Positions 48,729 to 56,687 of a DNA stretch of 64,000 nt are shown piece by piece. Each line of letters begins with the position of its first letter. The first letter of the stretch is position 1. Both the position numbers and the translations under genes were made by a program. Source of the DNA: an uncultured Clostridia bacterium (GTDB lineage Bacteria > Bacillota > Clostridia > Lachnospirales > CAG-274); assembly GCA_947632615.1 (NCBI GenBank), contig CANRPW010000006.1, positions 11,826 through 75,825 on the forward strand. Direction: 5' to 3'. The notes beneath the pieces were generated by a model. It was given only the letters and a program-made list of their open reading frames with translations, did no database searches and was not told the DNA's origin.

Positions 48729-48821
48729 ATGCAATACATTTCATTAATAATTTCAATTCTTGCCTTTATCATTGCCGTAATAGCTTTGATTAAGGTGATC
48801 AAAAAGTCAAAGGAGAAGTAA
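48729..48821 (+). CDS. Candidate small hydrophobic peptide 2 (30 aa), paralogue of peptide 1
   Basis: ATG 48729: MQYISLIISILAFIIAVIALIKVIKKSKEK*. It shares the ISLI..I....I.AVI...K..KK pattern with peptide 1. The stop lies 1 nt before the GTG of the HTH gene. Confidence 0.35.
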   Translation: MQYISLIISILAFIIAVIALIKVIKKSKEK

Positions 48822-48822
48822 A

Positions 48823-49023
48823 GTGTCTGAATTTAATACTACTAAGGAACTGCGGGATTTTATTTCCGACAATGTGATTTCTACGGGTGAAGCAGCTGAA
48901 ATTCTCGGTTGCTCACGCCAATATATAAATCAGCTTGTGAAGGAAAAAAAGCTTATTCCCATAAAAAAAATCAATTATATAACACTGTTTTTAAAATCAG
49001 ATGTAGAAGCAAGACTTAAATAG
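48823..49023 (+). CDS. Xis/AlpA-like helix-turn-helix DNA-binding protein (66 aa)
   Basis: ISTGEAAEILGCSRQYINQLVKEKKLIPIKK is a typical HTH_17/excisionase-type motif. GTG start after AAGGAGAAG. Confidence 0.6.
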   Translation: MSEFNTTKELRDFISDNVISTGEAAEILGCSRQYINQLVKEKKLIPIKKINYITLFLKSDVEARLK

Positions 49024-49027
49024 CTTT

Positions 49028-49057
49028 AAAGCAAGGCTTAATCAGTCTTGCTTTTTT
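49028..49057 (+). terminator. Intrinsic terminator after the HTH gene
   Basis: aaagcaag / cttgcttt 8-bp stem with an 11-nt loop and a T-run. Confidence 0.55.
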
Positions 49058-49306
49058 CATTGGTGAGTTTTAACTGGCAGTATTAGCCCCAAGCAGTCCC
49101 CACACTCTAAATCAACCATTCTGTTTATTCACCGCCGTTTTTTAAGCTGTCAAGATATTCGTCCGCCTTGATTGCCTCCTGTGTAAAGATGTTAGCCCGG
49201 AGCGATGTACCTATGGTGAAGGCAAGGCTTATAAGCTGTGTTATCTGCTCGTCCCCTATGGGTAGGAGAGTTATACCCCTAACAGTTATTTACATTAAAT
49301 AAATAT

Positions 49307-49345
49307 ACACAAAAAGACTCAGGCCTTTATTGGGGTGAGTCTTTT
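49307..49345 (-). terminator. Intrinsic terminator (minus strand) after the Cys-rich protein gene
   Basis: aaaagactca / tgagtctttt 10-bp stem. The minus strand continues tgtgtat. Confidence 0.5.
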
Positions 49346-49381
49346 ATTTATGTAGTCGTTTATTTGTGAATGATGGGGGTA

Positions 49382-49738
49382 TTATGCGAGGATGTCGGCT
49401 TTTTTGTCGAGGATGGCTTTGCAGGCGGTGCAGGCGGGGCAATCGCAGTATTTTCCGCCGTTTTTCTTGATTTCTTCGGCGTGGGCGAGTATGTTTTTGG
49501 CTGCTTCGCCGAAGACTTTTTTGCCCATCTCTGAGCCGGCGAAGGCGATGAGTCCGTCTATGGGCATAATGTCTTCTTCGATCTCGGCTATGTATTCGGC
49601 TGTTTTTGCTGCTTCGTCCTCTGTTCCTATGGCTTCAAGCCAGGCGTTTGCTGCTTCTCTGAGCTCCTTACAGCAGGAGGGAGCGTTTAAAAGGTCTGTT
49701 GTTTTTTCTTTTAAATAGTTGAGTGTTTCTTTGGTCAT
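49382..49738 (-). CDS. Conserved small Cys-rich protein (CC motif plus CxCPxCxxC)
   Basis: 118 aa with ...LLNAPSCCKELREAANAWL... and a C-terminal KYCDCPACTACKAIL. I believe I have seen this family in Clostridia, but I cannot name it reliably. Confidence 0.6.
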   Translation of the reverse strand: MTKETLNYLKEKTTDLLNAPSCCKELREAANAWLEAIGTEDEAAKTAEYIAEIEEDIMPIDGLIAFAGSEMGKKVFGEAAKNILAHAEEIKKNGGKYCDCPACTACKAILDKKADILA

Positions 49739-49855
49739 ATTGAGTCCTTCCTTTCGTTGAATTTATATATTAATTATACAGCTTATTTATTATTTTTTCA
49801 ATATAAAAAGGAGAGGGCGGCGCCCTATGAAGGAAATGCCGCCCAAAAGGTATAT

Positions 49856-51238
49856 TTATGCAAAAAATGAGATAACAAGCGCTACTACAAAGCCTGAACA
49901 ACCTACAATGGTCTCCATGACGGTCCATGATTTAAGGGTTGTTTTCTCATCCATCTGCAAAAGTGATTTTACAAGCCAGAAGCCTGAGTCGTTGAAGTGT
50001 GAGCATACCGTTGCTCCGCCTGCAACTGCCGCTGTACAGCATGCAAGGTAAAGAGGTGAAAGCTCGCTTATGCCGGGGATGGCTGCTACGATACCTGCTG
50101 CCATTGTCATGGCTACTGTAGAAGAACCTACCGAAAGTCTTACAAGAACAGCGATTATGAAAGCTACAACTACCATTGGAAGTCCGCCGCTTGATACTGC
50201 GCTTCCTATAACGTCGCCAAGACCTGATGACTGAAGCATATATTTAAGTACGCCGCCGCAGGCAGTAACAAGAAGTATCATACCTGTGGGCTCGAGAGAT
50301 TTCGTCATTACTTTTTCAAGTTCTTCTCTTGTATAACCGTGCTTTATGCCAAGCACTATCATAGCAACGATAGTAGCTATTGTAAGGGCTACGAAGGGCT
50401 CACCCAAGAATGTAAGTACGGGCATTATAGCTGACTCGGGAGCAACTACATTTGTTATAGTTTTGATAACGATAAGTATGATAGGTATAAATATGATACC
50501 AACTACAGTACCGAAACCGGGAAGCTTAGACTCTTCATATTCGGGAGCTTCCGCTACATTTGAAGGAATGGGCACATAAATTTTGCTGCCTATAAATGAT
50601 CCGAAAAGAGGACCTGCGCATATCATAGCTACAGCGCCGCAGATGATGCCTATAACTATAACATAGCTTAAGTCAACGCCCAAAAGGCTGGCTACAAGAA
50701 TAGGACCCGGTGTGGGAGGTATGAAGGCGTGACCTACTGCAAGACCGCCTAAAAGAGGTATTGCATAGTAAAGTGTCGATCTCTTTGTGCTCTTGGCAAG
50801 TGAAAGAGCAAGGGGAATAAGTATTATAAGACCTGCATCAAAGAATACGGGCATTGCTATTACCATACCCGTTATACCCAGCGCCCAGGCTGCCTTTTTC
50901 TCGCCAAACCATTTGACAAGTGATGTGGCTATTCTTTGGGCTCCGCCCGATATTTCAAGTATTGCGCCAAACATAGACCCAAGACCGATGAGCAGGGCTA
51001 TACTTTGCAGGGTGCTGCCTATACCCTGACCAACCGAGTCTATTATTGTCTGTGTGTCCATACCTGCCAAAAAGCCTATTACGCAGGCTGCAATAAGTAT
51101 AGAAAGCATTGCGTGAAGCTTTACAACTATAATAAGTACAAGTAAAACGGCAAGTCCTGCAAGTGCAGCTATTACAAGTTGAGGCGTAGAGGTCGTTGCT
51201 GCTCCGTTCTGCGCTGCTAAAAGTGCTAAATTATTCAT
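49856..51238 (-). CDS. GntP-family (gluconate/sugar-acid:H+) permease
   Basis: 460-aa polytopic protein whose length and glycine-rich helices are typical of GntP. It lies downstream of an IlvD/Edd dehydratase. Confidence 0.75.
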   Translation of the reverse strand: MNNLALLAAQNGAATTSTPQLVIAALAGLAVLLVLIIVVKLHAMLSILIAACVIGFLAGMDTQTIIDSVGQGIGSTLQSIALLIGLGSMFGAILEISGGAQRIATSLVKWFGEKKAAWALGITGMVIAMPVFFDAGLIILIPLALSLAKSTKRSTLYYAIPLLGGLAVGHAFIPPTPGPILVASLLGVDLSYVIVIGIICGAVAMICAGPLFGSFIGSKIYVPIPSNVAEAPEYEESKLPGFGTVVGIIFIPIILIVIKTITNVVAPESAIMPVLTFLGEPFVALTIATIVAMIVLGIKHGYTREELEKVMTKSLEPTGMILLVTACGGVLKYMLQSSGLGDVIGSAVSSGGLPMVVVAFIIAVLVRLSVGSSTVAMTMAAGIVAAIPGISELSPLYLACCTAAVAGGATVCSHFNDSGFWLVKSLLQMDEKTTLKSWTVMETIVGCSGFVVALVISFFA

Positions 51239-51258
51239 ATATCAAAACCTCCTCTTTA

Positions 51259-52977
51259 TCATTTCATATATCCGCCAAGCATAGGCGATACAGCGTGTTC
51301 TGAAAATATTTTTAAAATACCTGATTTATATTTAGGCTCTATGGGCTTCCAGTTTTTACGTCTTTCTTCAAGTATCTTGTCGATCTCTTCGAGAGGCTTG
51401 CGTTCGCCCTTTATGCCTATAATGCGTAAAATTCTGTTTTTGATGTCTACCTCTATAAGGTCATCCTCTTCAACAAGAGCTATAGGTCCGCCCTCGGCTG
51501 CTTCGGGAGAAATGTGTCCTATTGCAGGGCCTTTAGATGCGCCTGAAAATCTACCGTCGGTGAGAAGTGCTATAGACTTGCCAAGCTCCTCATCGGAAGA
51601 AATAGCCTCTGTGGTATAGAACATCTCAGGCATTCCGCTGCCCTTAGGGCCTTCATACCTTATAATAACCGCATCTCCCGGCTTAATATCTCTTCTTATA
51701 ACAGCGGCGATAGCGTCCTCCTCGCAGTTAAAGGGCTTAGCCTTTAATATTGCATAGTGCATTTCTTTAGGCACTGCGCTGTGCTTTACAACAGAGCCGT
51801 TAGGTGCAAGATTGCCCTTGAGTATGGCAATAGTGCCGTTTTTGCCTATGGGGTCGTCAATGCTTCTTATAATGTCCGTCCTCTTAAGCCCTGTCTTTGC
51901 AAGAAGCTCCTCACATCTTTCGTAATATCCGTTCTTCTTAAGATCCTCAAGGTTTTCGCCAAGGGTCTTTCCTGTTATTGTCATAACGCTAAGATCAAGC
52001 CTATCCTTTATTTCTTCCATTATTCTGGGAACTCCCCCTGCATAATAGAAATATTCGGCAGGCCATCTGCCGGCAGGTCTGATGTCAAGCAGATAGCTTG
52101 CATTGGCGTGAATTCTGTCGAAGGTGTCGCCGTCGATATAATAGCCAAATTCATGAGCAATTGCCGGTATGTGCAAAAGTGAATTTGTAGAGCCTGAAAT
52201 AGCCGCATGCACCTTTATGGCATTTTCAAACGAAGCCATTGTGACGATATCCTTTGCGGTTATTCCCTTCGTGGCAAGTGCAGCTGCTTTGACTCCCGCT
52301 TCATATGCCATCTTTTTTAGGTCTTCACAGGTGGCTGGCATAAGTGCGCTGCCGGGTATCATAAGACCAAGCGCCTCTGCCATTATCTGCATTGTAGATG
52401 CCGTACCCATGAAAGAGCAAGCTCCGCAGCTGGGGCAGGCATGGTGCTTATAATATGTAAACTTTTCTTCCGTTATCTCGCCTCTTTGGCACATAGCCGA
52501 ATATGCGCCTATCTGCTCTAAGGTGAGAAGGTCCGGCCCTGCTTCCATAACTCCCCCTGTAATTACAACAGCGGGAATATTAAGCCTGCCTATTGCCATA
52601 AGATGTGCAGGCACAGCCTTGTCGCAGCTTGACACAAAAACGCCGCTGTCAAAGGTGGTGGCATTTACGTGCATTTCTATCATGCTGCATATCATATCCC
52701 TTGATGCAAGAGAATAGTTTATGCCGTCATGACCTTGGCTCATGCCGTCGCATATGTCTGTTGCAAAATACCTTGCCGCCTTTGCGCCATTAGCGTTAAT
52801 GCCCTTTACAGCCTCTTCGGCAAGCTCTAAAAGGTGTGCGCTGCCCGGGTGACTGTCGCCAAAGGTGCTCTCCACTATTACCTGGGGCTTTGAAAGGTCG
52901 TCTACCTTCCAGCCCATACCTATCCTTAAAGGATCCATTTCAGGCGCAAGCTTTCGTACTTCCTGACTTTTCAACAT
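51259..52977 (-). CDS. IlvD/Edd-family dehydratase (probably a sugar-acid dehydratase rather than biosynthetic IlvD)
   Basis: 572 aa with CDGMSQGHDG, SCDKAVPAH and TDGRFSGAS, the IlvD/Edd Fe-S dehydratase motifs. It is co-oriented with the GntP permease. Confidence 0.8.
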   Translation of the reverse strand: MLKSQEVRKLAPEMDPLRIGMGWKVDDLSKPQVIVESTFGDSHPGSAHLLELAEEAVKGINANGAKAARYFATDICDGMSQGHDGINYSLASRDMICSMIEMHVNATTFDSGVFVSSCDKAVPAHLMAIGRLNIPAVVITGGVMEAGPDLLTLEQIGAYSAMCQRGEITEEKFTYYKHHACPSCGACSFMGTASTMQIMAEALGLMIPGSALMPATCEDLKKMAYEAGVKAAALATKGITAKDIVTMASFENAIKVHAAISGSTNSLLHIPAIAHEFGYYIDGDTFDRIHANASYLLDIRPAGRWPAEYFYYAGGVPRIMEEIKDRLDLSVMTITGKTLGENLEDLKKNGYYERCEELLAKTGLKRTDIIRSIDDPIGKNGTIAILKGNLAPNGSVVKHSAVPKEMHYAILKAKPFNCEEDAIAAVIRRDIKPGDAVIIRYEGPKGSGMPEMFYTTEAISSDEELGKSIALLTDGRFSGASKGPAIGHISPEAAEGGPIALVEEDDLIEVDIKNRILRIIGIKGERKPLEEIDKILEERRKNWKPIEPKYKSGILKIFSEHAVSPMLGGYMK

Positions 52978-53195
52978 GTTATCTCCTCCTTTACATAAAT
53001 TAATATACCGCTCAATACACCAAAATACATCTGATGTATCTTATATTTTTAGTTTAATACATCAGATGTATTTTGTCAATAATTATTACATTTAAATTAA
53101 ATTTTTAGCATTATTACCAAATTACCCCCTATTTAATAATATTAAACATCTGCCCAATTTATGCAAAATAAACAAAAATATAAACGGAGTACCGA

Positions 53196-53372
53196 CCAAA
53201 CCGCGGTCAGGAGCGCGGGGGCGAGGCGGGCAAAGCAAAAAGGGACAATGGACGGGTTTACCCGTCCATTGTCCCTTTTTGCTTTGCCTGCCTCGCCCCC
53301 GCGCGCACGCCGCCCTGCCTCAACACGCCAAAACCGCCGTAGGCGGTTTTGGCGTGTTGAGGCAGGGCGGCG
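53196..53372. repeat. GC-rich hairpin array A8 at the 3' end of the pan operon / upstream of the dehydratase operon
   Basis: 53213-53256/53261-53304 (44 bp with one G-T, loop ttta); 53308-53338/53342-53372 (31 bp perfect, loop gta). A one-armed remnant of the CCAAACCGC tip lies at 53196-53204. Confidence 0.9.
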
Positions 53373-53382
53373 GAACCCGCTT

Positions 53383-53769
53383 TTACATTACGAGCTTGCC
53401 GTGCTTTTCGTAGGAAGACACGCTTTTTATATTGTTTTTATCGTCCACAAATACTACCTTTGGCTTGTGAGTCTTGGCTTCTTCAAAAGTCATAGCGGCA
53501 TAAGCCATTATTATTATTTTATCCCCTGTACAAACTTTTCTTGCGGCTGCTCCGTTAAGGCAGATAATGCCGCTGTTTTCTTCGCCGAATATGGTGTATG
53601 TTTCAAATCTTTCGCCATTGTTTATATCAACTATGGCTACCTTCTCATATTCCAATATTCCCGCCGCCTCACACAAAACGGGGTCAACGGTTATGCTGCC
53701 TACATAGTCAAGCTCCGCCTGAGTTACAGTGGCTCTGTGGATTTTTCCTTTAAGCATATCAAGAGTCAT
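53383..53769 (-). CDS. panD: Aspartate 1-decarboxylase
   Basis: [29 protein letters not shown], with the self-processing Gly-Ser site in YVGSIT. ATG 53769 follows the GGAGG RBS. Confidence 0.92.
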   Translation of the reverse strand: MTLDMLKGKIHRATVTQAELDYVGSITVDPVLCEAAGILEYEKVAIVDINNGERFETYTIFGEENSGIICLNGAAARKVCTGDKIIIMAYAAMTFEEAKTHKPKVVFVDDKNNIKSVSSYEKHGKLVM

Positions 53770-53770
53770 A

Positions 53771-54631
53771 TTAAAAACCTCCACACTTTATTGCTGTTCT
53801 TTCTCCTATAATAATTCCTTTAGAGTCTGTCCCGTGTCCTATCATATCGGTGTATGCAATAGGCATTTTGCCCCCGCAAAGCCTTTTTGCAAGGGAAAAC
53901 ACATAGCCCATATCATCTTCCTCTATAAGCCTTGTAAAAGTGCCAAGCAAAATGCCCCTCACCTTATTAAAAATGCCCATCTGATAAAGCTGATTAAAAT
54001 AAGAGCATACCTGCGCCCTGCCTCCTCCAAGACTTTCAAGAAGCAGCACCTTGCCGTCCATATCGGGGAAATACTCCGTACCCGCAAGCTTTAAAAGACA
54101 TCTTATGTTTCCGCCAACAACTACGCCCTCTAAGCTCTCACCTTGTAAAAATTCGGCACTTATGTCAAACAGCCCGGCCTTGCCTTCAAATACAGTAGAG
54201 CAAAAATCCTCGCTCACATCTTCGCCGTGGTCATTTATAAGGTTTTTCACCTGATATAAAACAGATGCCTTGCCTGTCTTTGCATATATGGCATTTATAA
54301 CAGTTGTCAGGTCGCTGTAGCCCCAAAGCATTTTGCCGCTGTTTTTGATAATTTCATAGTCGAGATAAGAAAGTATCTCATTTGCAACATCGCCGCCTGA
54401 TATATCAAATATAGCCTTAATGCTCTCATCTTTATAAAATTCCATAAGCTCAGAAGCCTTTTCCTCTGCCGAGCCGCCAAAACAAGAATCTTTTGCAAAG
54501 ATATATTTGCCAAATATGGGTGTAATGCCTATTTTTAAAAGCCTGTCGCCTAAAAGCTTTATTTTGTCTTTTTCCCTCTGGGCGTCAGAGCAGCACACAA
54601 GAGCAGCCCTGCTGCCTTTTTCTATTATCAT
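53771..54631 (-). CDS. S66 peptidase (LD-carboxypeptidase / MccF-like) embedded in the pan operon
   Basis: 286 aa with GYSDLTTV (nucleophile Ser context) and a C-terminal [15 protein letters not shown] (His). The ATG overlaps the panC stop (ATGA), and its stop lies 1 nt before the panD ATG. Confidence 0.7.
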   Translation of the reverse strand: MIIEKGSRAALVCCSDAQREKDKIKLLGDRLLKIGITPIFGKYIFAKDSCFGGSAEEKASELMEFYKDESIKAIFDISGGDVANEILSYLDYEIIKNSGKMLWGYSDLTTVINAIYAKTGKASVLYQVKNLINDHGEDVSEDFCSTVFEGKAGLFDISAEFLQGESLEGVVVGGNIRCLLKLAGTEYFPDMDGKVLLLESLGGGRAQVCSYFNQLYQMGIFNKVRGILLGTFTRLIEEDDMGYVFSLAKRLCGGKMPIAYTDMIGHGTDSKGIIIGERTAIKCGGF

Positions 54632-55476
54632 ACCTCAAAGCTGAAATTGTCTATAAGCCTTGCGGAATTTCCCATATAAACAGCGCAGGCGCAGAGTATG
54701 TCGCTTTCTATTTTATCTACGGGCTTAAGGCTCAAAGCATCAACAATGCTTACATAGTCTATTTTAGTAACGCCCACACTGAGTATCTTTTCGGAAATGG
54801 CATCTATTACCTTCTGTGGGTTTCTCTCGCCTTTTTTGAGCATATCCTTGCCCAGGTCAAGCGCCTGATGTATGATAGGCGCAAGGGCTCTTTCTTCGGG
54901 TGTGAGATATGAATTTCTGGAGCTTTTGGCAAGTCCGTCATCTTCTCTTATTATAGGACAGCCTGTTATTTTAACATTCATATTAAGATCTTTTACCATT
55001 CTTTTTATAACTGCCAGCTGCTGAGCATCTTTTTCGCCAAAATAGGCATTGTTGGGCTCTACTATATTGAAAAGCTTGTTTACAACTGTCTGAACACCCC
55101 TGAAATGAATGGGTCTTGACTTGCCGCAAAGCTCACCTGTAAGTCCGTTCATATCTACATAAGAGCAAAAGCCGTCGGGGTACATTTCGTCTACCTCAGG
55201 GGCAAATATAAGGTCTACACCCTTCTTATCGCAGAGCTTGGCATCTCTTTTAAGGTCTCTCGGATAGCTGTCGTAGTCCTCTCCCGGGCCAAACTGCATG
55301 GGGTTTACAAATATACTCACTACTACCTTGTCGCTGCCCTTTTTGGCATTTTTGATAAGGCTCAAATGTCCCTCATGAAGCCAGCCCATTGTAGGCACAA
55401 GACCTATTGTGTCGCCTTCAGCCTTCCATTTTTTTATCTCTTTTTTTACTTCCTTTACGGTTTTGCAAATTTTCAT
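54628..55476 (-). CDS. panC: Pantoate--beta-alanine ligase
   Basis: VPTMGWLHEGHLSLI (HIGH-like), VSIFVNPMQF and FGEKDAQQ motifs. 282 aa. Confidence 0.93.
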   Translation of the reverse strand: MKICKTVKEVKKEIKKWKAEGDTIGLVPTMGWLHEGHLSLIKNAKKGSDKVVVSIFVNPMQFGPGEDYDSYPRDLKRDAKLCDKKGVDLIFAPEVDEMYPDGFCSYVDMNGLTGELCGKSRPIHFRGVQTVVNKLFNIVEPNNAYFGEKDAQQLAVIKRMVKDLNMNVKITGCPIIREDDGLAKSSRNSYLTPEERALAPIIHQALDLGKDMLKKGERNPQKVIDAISEKILSVGVTKIDYVSIVDALSLKPVDKIESDILCACAVYMGNSARLIDNFSFEV

Positions 55477-55491
55477 AGCTTTTCTCCTATA

Positions 55492-56319
55492 TCAATACAG
55501 CTTCTTTATTTCGCTGTCGTCGATTTTGTATGTATGCTCCTCAGCAGGGAAGCTGCCGTTCTTTACTTCTTCGCTGTAAGCCTTGAATGAGTTTGTCATG
55601 ACATCTCCCACACAGGCGTACTGCTTTACAAACTTTGCCTTGTGTCCCGGGAAGGTGCCAAGCATATCCTGCACTACAAGAACCTGTCCGTCACAGTCCT
55701 TGCCTGCGCCTATGCCTATAATAGGCACGGAAACGCTCTTTGTTATAAGTGCGCCTATCTGTGCAGGCACGCCCTCTACTACTATTGCAAAAGCTCCCGC
55801 TTCTTCAATTGCCTTAGCCGACCTTATAAGCTGCTGCGCCGCCTCTGCTGTCTTGCCCTGTACTTTAAAGCCGCCAAAAGCATTTACAGACTGAGGTGTA
55901 AGCCCTATGTGTCCGCACACGGGTATCTGACATCTTACGATAGCCCTGATGGTGTCGGCAAATTCCTCGCCGCCTTCAAGCTTTACTGCCGCAGCGCCGC
56001 CCTCTTTTATAAGTCTGCCCGCGTTAATACATGAGTCTTCGATAGATACGTGATAGCTCATAAACGGCATATCGGCAATTACAAGAGCATTTTTTGCTCC
56101 TCTTGATACGCACTTTGTATGATGGATCATATCCTCCATAGTTACGGGAAGTGTGGAGTCATAACCAAGCATGGTCATTCCCAAAGAGTCACCTACAAGT
56201 ATAGACTCAATGCCTGCCGCATCAACAAGACTGGCGGTGGTGTAGTCATAGGCTGTAAGCATAGTGATTTTCTCGCCTTTTTCCTTAGCTTGTTTGAAAT
56301 AGCTAGTGGTAATTTTCAT
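55492..56319 (-). CDS. panB: 3-methyl-2-oxobutanoate hydroxymethyltransferase
   Basis: [23 protein letters not shown] and GHIGLTPQ motifs. ATG 56319 follows the GGAGAA RBS. Confidence 0.92.
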   Translation of the reverse strand: MKITTSYFKQAKEKGEKITMLTAYDYTTASLVDAAGIESILVGDSLGMTMLGYDSTLPVTMEDMIHHTKCVSRGAKNALVIADMPFMSYHVSIEDSCINAGRLIKEGGAAAVKLEGGEEFADTIRAIVRCQIPVCGHIGLTPQSVNAFGGFKVQGKTAEAAQQLIRSAKAIEEAGAFAIVVEGVPAQIGALITKSVSVPIIGIGAGKDCDGQVLVVQDMLGTFPGHKAKFVKQYACVGDVMTNSFKAYSEEVKNGSFPAEEHTYKIDDSEIKKLY

Positions 56320-56687
56320 AAATATTCTCCTATATATTTTAAATTTAGCTGTGGATAAGGATTTGGAAAAAGCATATAGCATAGCTTAGTGTCAAAATAC
56401 AGCCTCCTTACGGAGTGCCGCTTTTAAAAGCTCTGCCGTTTAAAAAAATAAAATAAGGTGCAGTTCTCAAAACCGAGATACTACCCATAGCCATAATGAG
56501 ATTATAACATAAATCAATTTAAAAGCAATAGTTTTTTTATTTTAAGCTCATTTTAAAACCAAAAGGGCATAAAAAATTGGATTTTGCGGTTTAAACCGCT
56601 TGAAAAAAGCCTCCGTTTGGGTTATTATATAAATAACTGTATTTATAATGGATAAATTTGCAAAGATGTCTTGAAAGGAAAGTTTCA

